This document shows, piece by piece, positions 57,471 to 64,000 of a DNA stretch of 64,000 bases. The notes under the pieces were generated by a model, which was not told where the DNA came from, searched no databases, and saw only the letters and a list, made by a program, of their open reading frames with translations. The position numbers and the translations under genes were made by a program. How positions within the stretch are numbered: position 1 is the first letter of the stretch; each line of letters begins with the position of its first letter. The DNA is taken from positions 1 to 64,000 of the forward strand of contig JBHLMN010000015.1 of NCBI GenBank assembly GCA_048938105.1, given 5' to 3'. The DNA comes from Promethearchaeota archaeon. Its GTDB lineage: Archaea > Asgardarchaeota > Heimdallarchaeia > Hodarchaeales > Hodarchaeaceae.

Positions 57471-60020
57471 TTACTTATTCTTTCTTTCCCTCGTAATAGC
57501 TATAACCAAAGTAACTGTAATAATAACCCAAGAAAAAGCTGGTGTTGAAACAGCAGTAGAAGAAGTCGTAGTTGTAGTTGCTACAGATGTCTTAACAGTA
57601 ATTTGTACTTCATCTTCGCCAATATTCCCAGCTAAGTCTATGGCTTGAACTTTGATTGTATGAGTCCCTTCAGTCAGAGTTAAAGTATAACTTCTAGCAG
57701 TTGTTTCTGTTAATTCCGCGATTTGAGAACCATCTACACTAATTATCTGGGAATATAATCCTGATCCTGTTTCCAATACAGTCCATTTCACATCAACAGA
57801 TGTTTGATTAATAGTTTCCTGATGCGGAGGTGAGGTGATAGCAACCGTAGGTGGAGTTGTATCTGCTAAAATGCCTAATTCAAATCTTTTCTTAACCAAT
57901 GTTCCATTAATAGACAGTAAGATATTAACAGGATAGGTTCCACTTGTAGAATTCACAGGAATATCGAGAATTAATGTAGCCTCCTCTGCGTTTTCATTAA
58001 TAATACTGGTGGTAGATAGAATTCTGGTTCTATTCCTATTCAGAAGTTCAGCAGTAGCTGATACGGGTACTGCTGCTGATGTTTGGTCATAAACTGAGAC
58101 AGAAACGGTTATTTGATCTCCTACATTGTACTCTGTTGAATCTGTTGTTACTTCAATTGTGTATAGCGAATCTAATATTTCACCAAATATCCTTTGTGCT
58201 TTATCATGGTTAAAATTTCGTATAGCTCGTTTTGCACTAGCTAGCTTAGTATTAACACTTGAAACATCCCATCCTGCAAGGGAGGCATTAGCGATCAAAG
58301 AGGAAACTATTTCATATTGCATATAAGCAGTGTGATTACGATAAATAAATTCGTCCAGCCATTGTTGATCTCCAATTACGAGATTATTATACAAGTCATC
58401 ATAGTTGAAGTAATTGATTACCAGTGCTCGACGGTCCAAAATGGCTTCTATTATAGCTTCATCCGTATTTTCTTCAACAAAAACATACATCAAGGTACGA
58501 TTCATAGAAAACGGTGAATGAGCATCTGACCCTCCTGTAAATGGCATTAAATAGGCCCATTCACCTAAGCCTCCGTCTCGATCACCTCCTGCAAAATAAC
58601 CTGCATTAGCGATTTCAAAACCATCAAGATTTGAGTTTACTAGATTGTTGATGTAATTGACACGTGCAGGAAGAGGAATCCCACAACATCCTAGTGGATG
58701 CGCGATAAAAACAACACCACCTTGGGTATGATAAGTATCAACAATACCAGGCCATTCATCTAAAGTAGGAACCCTTACCGGATTTATTATCTCAGTTATT
58801 CCAAAAACTGTTTGATGTCCTACCTGTTGCACATCACCTTCAACACCATACAAGATATTAAGATCTTTAATATTGTTATCTTCCAAATAGGTTCTTGCAG
58901 GTTCCCATGAGGCTTGAGGTGTTCCTCCTTGATGATCTGTAAGTGCAAAAAATTCTAAATCGCATGCTCTAGCCCGTTCAATTTGTTCACTAACAGGTGT
59001 GTCTGAATCCCCACTTCCTTCAGTACAATGAACATGGGTAACTCCTAGAAGCATTTTGTAGTTTCTCCGTCGAGTCTCAGTAGTCGTATAGTTTTTTAGT
59101 ATTGGAACTGTCATCCACCCTGGGTCTTCAACATCTGTTATGGTTTCCTTTGCTAACCAATTAAAGACATTTGCAACAAATTGAAAATGATCCTCAGTAT
59201 AGGAACCTTTAAGATTACCAAAAGGAGATTCAGAACACGAGAAAAAAACACGACCTTCTCCAAATTCACGAAAAGCGAAGGCGGGGTCTCCAGTAGATTG
59301 ATTTGCTAAAATTGTTATATTTACTCCTGAATCTATCGTAAACTTGCCTATATTCGTTTGAAGATAAACTTTAGAAACATTAGTCACTAAAGGATGATTC
59401 AAGAAATTTTGAAGATGTTCGTCAGTTGATGAGAAATAATCAAAATAGGTAACATTCATTTCTCGAGTTATATCATTTAAATTGGACGAGTTAATCTTCA
59501 CAAAAGGATCGTATATCCAACCGCCTTTCCCCGATACAAGTAAAGAACCACCAGATTGTACAAATTCAATTATCGCTGTGATCTCACTGGCACTGAATTT
59601 GCCTTGAGGGAAAAAAATTGCCAATATTTGATAAGAAGCTAAATACTCAGGTGTAAGCTCTTTGTCCATATTAGCTTCAGGTTCAAATCCAATCTCTCTT
59701 AGAAAAGCCCCCATCATTGATACAGGTCCTGGAGCAAAGCCTCCAGCAATAAGCGATGTATGTGCTTCATCAAAAAGAATTTTTATTGGTGTTGTTAATA
59801 TTTCTGATTTCTGATTTGCTTCATTTCTAGAAATATCTTCAAATATCTGCAGATTTGAAGAAGAATATGGAAAATCATTTCTTAAACCGTCCTCGGGATC
59901 TAATGGGAGAGAATCTTCTAATAAAGGAGCCAAAGGAGCGAGAATAAGACCAGCTGCTAAAATTAAGATCCAAATATCAATCCTAAATTTCAAAATTTTC
60001 ACCAAAAAATAAGTATTCAT
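57471..60020 (-). CDS. Surface-anchored PHP-family (CehA/McbA-like) metallohydrolase with N-terminal GIFT/DUF4350-like domain
   Basis: ILFDEAH domain; THVHC, LTDH, GVE, GH, AHP and GGSDAH motifs; Ig-like domains; TPAF-TM-basic tail. Confidence 0.82.
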   Translation of the reverse strand: MNTYFLVKILKFRIDIWILILAAGLILAPLAPLLEDSLPLDPEDGLRNDFPYSSSNLQIFEDISRNEANQKSEILTTPIKILFDEAHTSLIAGGFAPGPVSMMGAFLREIGFEPEANMDKELTPEYLASYQILAIFFPQGKFSASEITAIIEFVQSGGSLLVSGKGGWIYDPFVKINSSNLNDITREMNVTYFDYFSSTDEHLQNFLNHPLVTNVSKVYLQTNIGKFTIDSGVNITILANQSTGDPAFAFREFGEGRVFFSCSESPFGNLKGSYTEDHFQFVANVFNWLAKETITDVEDPGWMTVPILKNYTTTETRRRNYKMLLGVTHVHCTEGSGDSDTPVSEQIERARACDLEFFALTDHQGGTPQASWEPARTYLEDNNIKDLNILYGVEGDVQQVGHQTVFGITEIINPVRVPTLDEWPGIVDTYHTQGGVVFIAHPLGCCGIPLPARVNYINNLVNSNLDGFEIANAGYFAGGDRDGGLGEWAYLMPFTGGSDAHSPFSMNRTLMYVFVEENTDEAIIEAILDRRALVINYFNYDDLYNNLVIGDQQWLDEFIYRNHTAYMQYEIVSSLIANASLAGWDVSSVNTKLASAKRAIRNFNHDKAQRIFGEILDSLYTIEVTTDSTEYNVGDQITVSVSVYDQTSAAVPVSATAELLNRNRTRILSTTSIINENAEEATLILDIPVNSTSGTYPVNILLSINGTLVKKRFELGILADTTPPTVAITSPPHQETINQTSVDVKWTVLETGSGLYSQIISVDGSQIAELTETTARSYTLTLTEGTHTIKVQAIDLAGNIGEDEVQITVKTSVATTTTTSSTAVSTPAFSWVIITVTLVIAITRERKNK

Positions 60021-60473
60021 AATAATAAATATCCTGAGAAGATCATTTAATTACTTTTGTTTGAAAATAAAAATGAAAAAATCAGTTCTATAGCTGATAT
60101 TAAGGAGGGAATGATGCAAGATTTTATAATAAATACTTTGTTGTCGCGGTACTATCCTTAATTTTATTTGTTAGTCCTAGATTTATTGATTTAATGATTA
60201 TGTAGATCACCACTTGATTTTTGAGAAGTTAGGATTAACTTTCGTTAACGCCACTTATTGAACCTTTCTTTCATCTTAAATAGACTTCTAGAAATCTTAG
60301 TAGCCACAGTCCTGAAAGTTTTTAAAGAGCGAAAAAACGATTCAGAGTCTAAGTAATAGTCCGATCCAGTCTATGTTACTTCAGCTATTGTTGTATTTTT
60401 CATACCTGTAAAGAAGGAACCTGTTAAGAACTCTTTCTTTATTTTTTAATCTAGATGAAATAGTGTTAATTTG

Positions 60474-62132
60474 TTATTCAAAATTTCTTTTGCGTCTTTT
60501 TCGGCTATAAAACAGGGAGATACTAAAGAATGCAGTGAAAAGAGTTGGCAAAAGATAACCTGGCGTTGAGACTTTTGTAGTTGTTGAACTAGTAGAATGA
60601 GTCGTCTCAGTACTCGTTTGGCTAGTAGATGTTGGTTTAGTAGTTGGTTTGCTATGGACAACATAATTATACAAATCAGAAACCGTGAAATTTCCTGTCT
60701 TATCGACAATACGAATATAGAAGGTTCCTTGGTTCGTAACTGGGAGGTTAGGGATAGAACCAGTAAAATGGGTACTATTGTCACTCATCGACATAGTAAT
60801 GAAGTTCCAATCTATTCCATGGTTAGAATACCAAAGTTGAACCTCTGGTGATAATGCAGTAGCAATAACTTCTACATCTAAAGCTTGCTCCTCCTCAAAG
60901 ACAGAATTAGCAGTTACGGAAGTAATATTAGGGCGATTGGGATAAATAATGTTGTAAGGAGTATCAATTTGGTACTCATCGTAAAGGGTTCCATTGGCTA
61001 AAATAACTTTAATCCAAACCTCTTTCCAATCAATTGATATCTCAACATGGTGAAACACTCCTCCATCTTTCTCTCCCACATATAAAGGTGCTCCCCCTCC
61101 TGCAGAAACAATCTGAGTAATATTACGCCAACCTAATGTCTTTTTATTATACATGTGATCATGGCCAGCTAAAAATGCTGTGATTGAGTGATTTAATGCC
61201 AGATCCAATAATTTTTGTCCTTCAGGGTATTGAATTAAACCTCGTTCTCTTATCAATACAGGATAAATGTAAGGAGTAGACAAAGGTCGGTGAAATGTTA
61301 TGAAAGTATGAATAGTAGTTGTACTTGTTAGATCCTGTACGAACCACTCCCATTGGGCTCCAGAAATCTTTGAAACATCTCTTTCAGTGTCAAGTATAAT
61401 AAAATGAGAATTACCATAATCAAAAGAGAAAAATCGCTCAAAAGGATCTGCATCGGTCGGTTGAGTGAAGATTTCTGTGAAAGAGGCGGTTCCGTAATTA
61501 TCAGGATCATCATGATTGCCTATTGCAAATATCCAAGAAGTATTGTGGTGAGACTGGTCTGTGATATCACGAAACGCCTTCCATTGAGCATATCTTATGT
61601 CACTTGATTGTCCAGTTTTAGCATCAATTGCGTCTCCACCATGTATCACGAGGTCAGGAGAAGCCGCAATGATGTTATTAGTAATAGATGAAAAAACTTC
61701 AGGTTGTTCAATAATTTCCGTTTGAGGCCGATTATCTCCGAAAAAAGCAAACATAAAAGGGTCTGTAAATCCTTTGGCTGTATGAAACTGGTATATGTCA
61801 CTCAATATTTCTGCTGTTTCGACTTGATAATAATAAGTAGTATTAAATTCCAACCCTTCCAATTTCACCTCATGATTTTTAACTGATGTTAAGTTTTCTA
61901 CGACATTTTCAACAGATGAATCTAAGCCAAATCGCACTCGACTAAAACCAGGGCTGGTTGTCCACCATGCAATAACCACAGAATTTTGGGTGACCATATT
62001 CACAGTTGGACCGTATTGAATATCGGTTAATTCATAGGTGTCAGCGTTGGGAAATATTGATGTAATGTTTGAAATGGAAATAATCAATAGTATTATTACT
62101 TTAAACCTTTGTGCCATTTCTCTTTCCACCAA
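60474..62132 (-). CDS. Surface-anchored purple acid phosphatase-like metallophosphoesterase
   Basis: Fn3-like N-domain; FGDN, HGGD, IGNHD, FHRP and AGHDH motifs; TPGY-TM-RKRRKR. Confidence 0.88.
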   Translation of the reverse strand: MVEREMAQRFKVIILLIISISNITSIFPNADTYELTDIQYGPTVNMVTQNSVVIAWWTTSPGFSRVRFGLDSSVENVVENLTSVKNHEVKLEGLEFNTTYYYQVETAEILSDIYQFHTAKGFTDPFMFAFFGDNRPQTEIIEQPEVFSSITNNIIAASPDLVIHGGDAIDAKTGQSSDIRYAQWKAFRDITDQSHHNTSWIFAIGNHDDPDNYGTASFTEIFTQPTDADPFERFFSFDYGNSHFIILDTERDVSKISGAQWEWFVQDLTSTTTIHTFITFHRPLSTPYIYPVLIRERGLIQYPEGQKLLDLALNHSITAFLAGHDHMYNKKTLGWRNITQIVSAGGGAPLYVGEKDGGVFHHVEISIDWKEVWIKVILANGTLYDEYQIDTPYNIIYPNRPNITSVTANSVFEEEQALDVEVIATALSPEVQLWYSNHGIDWNFITMSMSDNSTHFTGSIPNLPVTNQGTFYIRIVDKTGNFTVSDLYNYVVHSKPTTKPTSTSQTSTETTHSTSSTTTKVSTPGYLLPTLFTAFFSISLFYSRKRRKRNFE

Positions 62133-62650
62133 ATTAAAATAATATTATGAGCGTATAAATCCTCATAATAATGCACTTTGCTCAATTTTTAAGTATTTTG
62201 GGGGTGTATTTTTCAGCCTTTTAATTGAAGCATTTTTAAAATCTAAATTTCAAGTTATTTTCGGTATTCTTATATTGTACTCTAGGAAACGACATAAAGT
62301 ATGATCTAAAAGAGAGGAAATTTAACTTGAAACTTTTACAAGTAGCTTAAGAATGATCTGCTACTTTTTCGATAATTTAATTGATAAAACTTATATTCTT
62401 GGCTTGTTTACGAGTAGTAAATCAGTTAATTCTTTTTTATTCTAAACTTATGTGATTTAATGAATATGCAACTCTTAACCTGATTTCATGCCTTCTATAA
62501 CAATACAAACAAAAAGTCCACAATTACATCCTATTTGTAAAGAAGTTAAAGAAAAATTCTATATATAAGGAAAAGATAGAATTGTCTAGAATGATTGACA
62601 ACACAAAAAGAAGAGATGATAGAAGGAATATTTTCCTTTTATTGTCCCCT

Positions 62651-62733
62651 ATGATGAATAAGACGGTCTCCCGAGGTTTAGGGATCAGTTTTCTCTATCC
62701 CTTTGAACTAATGACGAAAGTTGCACTTACTGA
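62651..62733 (+). ncRNA. Box C/D guide sRNA immediately upstream of rio2, with an internal hairpin between D' and C'
   Basis: ATGATGA(C)-ATAAGACGGTCTC-CCGA(D')-36-nt hairpin (agggat...atccct)-ATGACGA(C')-AAGTTGCACTTA-CTGA(D). Confidence 0.72.
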
Positions 62734-62736
62734 TTT

Positions 62737-63681
62737 ATGATTCTTGCTTTGGGGTTAATTATGCCCTTATCAATCCTAGATTTTTTTCTTAAGCTTACAC
62801 CATTTGATTTCAGACTTTTATCAGTCATTGAAATTTTGATGGCAAAATACGAAATTGTACCGATTGAAGAGATTGCAGCGTATATGAATTATACAGAAAA
62901 AAAAGTTAAATCAACGCTGACTACACTTCAAAGATATAAATCAATAATAATGGTTCAACGACATTATTTAGGTGCTGCATTAACCTTTATAGGCTATGAT
63001 GCGTTGGCATTAAAAGCTTTAGTTGAGAAAGGTACAATCGCACAAATTGGCCCAGAAATTGGAGCAGGCAAGGAAAGCAACATACATTTAGCCGTTAATG
63101 ACGAGGGTAGTGAATTTATTATAAAATTGCACAGGTTAGGGAAATTAGATTTTCGATCTACCCGTCGTACTCGTGCTTTTATTGCTGAAAAACGGCATAT
63201 TTCTCCTCTTTACGAAAGTCGACTCTCTGCAGAACGAGAATTTAAAGCGTTGAGTGATCTTTTCCATGAGGGGATTAGTGTCCCACAACCAATTGATCAT
63301 AACCGTCATATTGTGGCAATGCACATCGTCACTGGACAAGATTTGTATCGAATTAAAAAAAATGAATTTCAAACAGAAAAAGAGGTTATAACATTATTTG
63401 AAAACATCCTTTATGAAATGAAACGAGCAGTTAAACTCGGTTATATTCATGGGGACTTAAGCGAGTATAACATTCGCTTAAACGAAGATAATTATCCAGT
63501 CTTTTTTGACTGGCCACAATATATCGAAACAGAGTCAGAACAGTCTGAAAAGATATTAATTAGAGATTTGAATAATATTCTTAATTATTTTAAGAAAAAA
63601 TTTCAAATAACTATCAAGACGAATGTTTCAGAATTGGTACTAAAATACTTCGATAATTTGGAGTTACCATCGGTTTTGTGA
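62737..63681 (+). CDS. rio2: RIO2 atypical Ser/Thr kinase (probable start 62761)
   Basis: N-terminal wHTH (LTFIGYDALAL); IGAGKES, KLHRLG, AEREF, IHGDLSEYNI and DWPQ motifs. Confidence 0.93.
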   Translation: MILALGLIMPLSILDFFLKLTPFDFRLLSVIEILMAKYEIVPIEEIAAYMNYTEKKVKSTLTTLQRYKSIIMVQRHYLGAALTFIGYDALALKALVEKGTIAQIGPEIGAGKESNIHLAVNDEGSEFIIKLHRLGKLDFRSTRRTRAFIAEKRHISPLYESRLSAEREFKALSDLFHEGISVPQPIDHNRHIVAMHIVTGQDLYRIKKNEFQTEKEVITLFENILYEMKRAVKLGYIHGDLSEYNIRLNEDNYPVFFDWPQYIETESEQSEKILIRDLNNILNYFKKKFQITIKTNVSELVLKYFDNLELPSVL

Positions 63682-63683
63682 TT

Positions 63684-64000
63684 ATGTTAGAATCGACTAT
63701 CATTTTTGGATTGGATATCCTAGCTCGGTCAACAAAAGCAAGTAAGGGCTCAATATTCTCACTTATTGTTCTCACAAAAGATCGTATCAATAAGTATCCT
63801 AAACTTAATCGGAAAAGTCTATTTAAAAAGATTGAAGATTTAAAGCCTAATTTTATTGCCATGGATAATATTTTTGAGCTATCACCCAGTGTAAAAGGTA
63901 TAATACGTTTTCTTCAGAAAATTCCTGTAAATACAATGTTAGTTCAGGTTACTGGATCGCCCCGAGTAGGAATGGAAAAGATTACTATCCTTATCCAAAA
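63684..64000 (+). CDS. DUF460-family protein, N-terminal part (runs off the window; absent from the ORF track)
   Basis: Manual translation: MLESTIIFGLDI...KPNFIAMDNIFEL...LVQVTG. Confidence 0.7.
   Translation, partial: MLESTIIFGLDILARSTKASKGSIFSLIVLTKDRINKYPKLNRKSLFKKIEDLKPNFIAMDNIFELSPSVKGIIRFLQKIPVNTMLVQVTGSPRVGMEKITILIQ

Noticed and set aside
2239-63862. Numerous 60-140 aa ORFs nested in or antisense to larger genes (for example 26803, 33685, 36818, 48107, 55028, 60446, 63614)
   Set aside because: Shadow frames of well-supported genes with no independent motifs

Overview
AT-rich archaeal chromosomal segment, most consistent with an Asgard (Heimdallarchaeia-like) archaeon. This is inferred from archaeal core genes (gatDE, radA, rpl15e, rpp30, pop5, rio2, PolD DP2), a small GTPase, a TPR protein and many Thr-rich, PGF-type anchored surface proteins. 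Layout: 0-21.7 kb, translation/RNA-processing housekeeping genes; 21.9-33.2 kb, a co-directional type IV pilus cluster (five pilin-like genes, a VirB11/FlaI-type ATPase, two TadC proteins, a coiled-coil protein) whose last, tightly coupled gene is a full-length but catalytically degenerate PolD large subunit (NCDGDED changed to NCNGDVD), with radA head-to-head; 35-42.7 kb, pyrimidine biosynthesis and nucleotide metabolism; 43-62 kb, cell-surface-anchored phosphoesterases/nucleases around an ABC importer, including a gene with a near-identical, GC-rich 846-bp internal duplication; then rio2 and a truncated DUF460 gene. Two box C/D guide sRNAs absent from the ORF track were read from the sequence. 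One is predicted to guide the 23S P-loop Gm2251 methylation. No rRNA, tRNA, CRISPR array or transposase was recognised. All family assignments are from motif recognition by eye, with no database searches.
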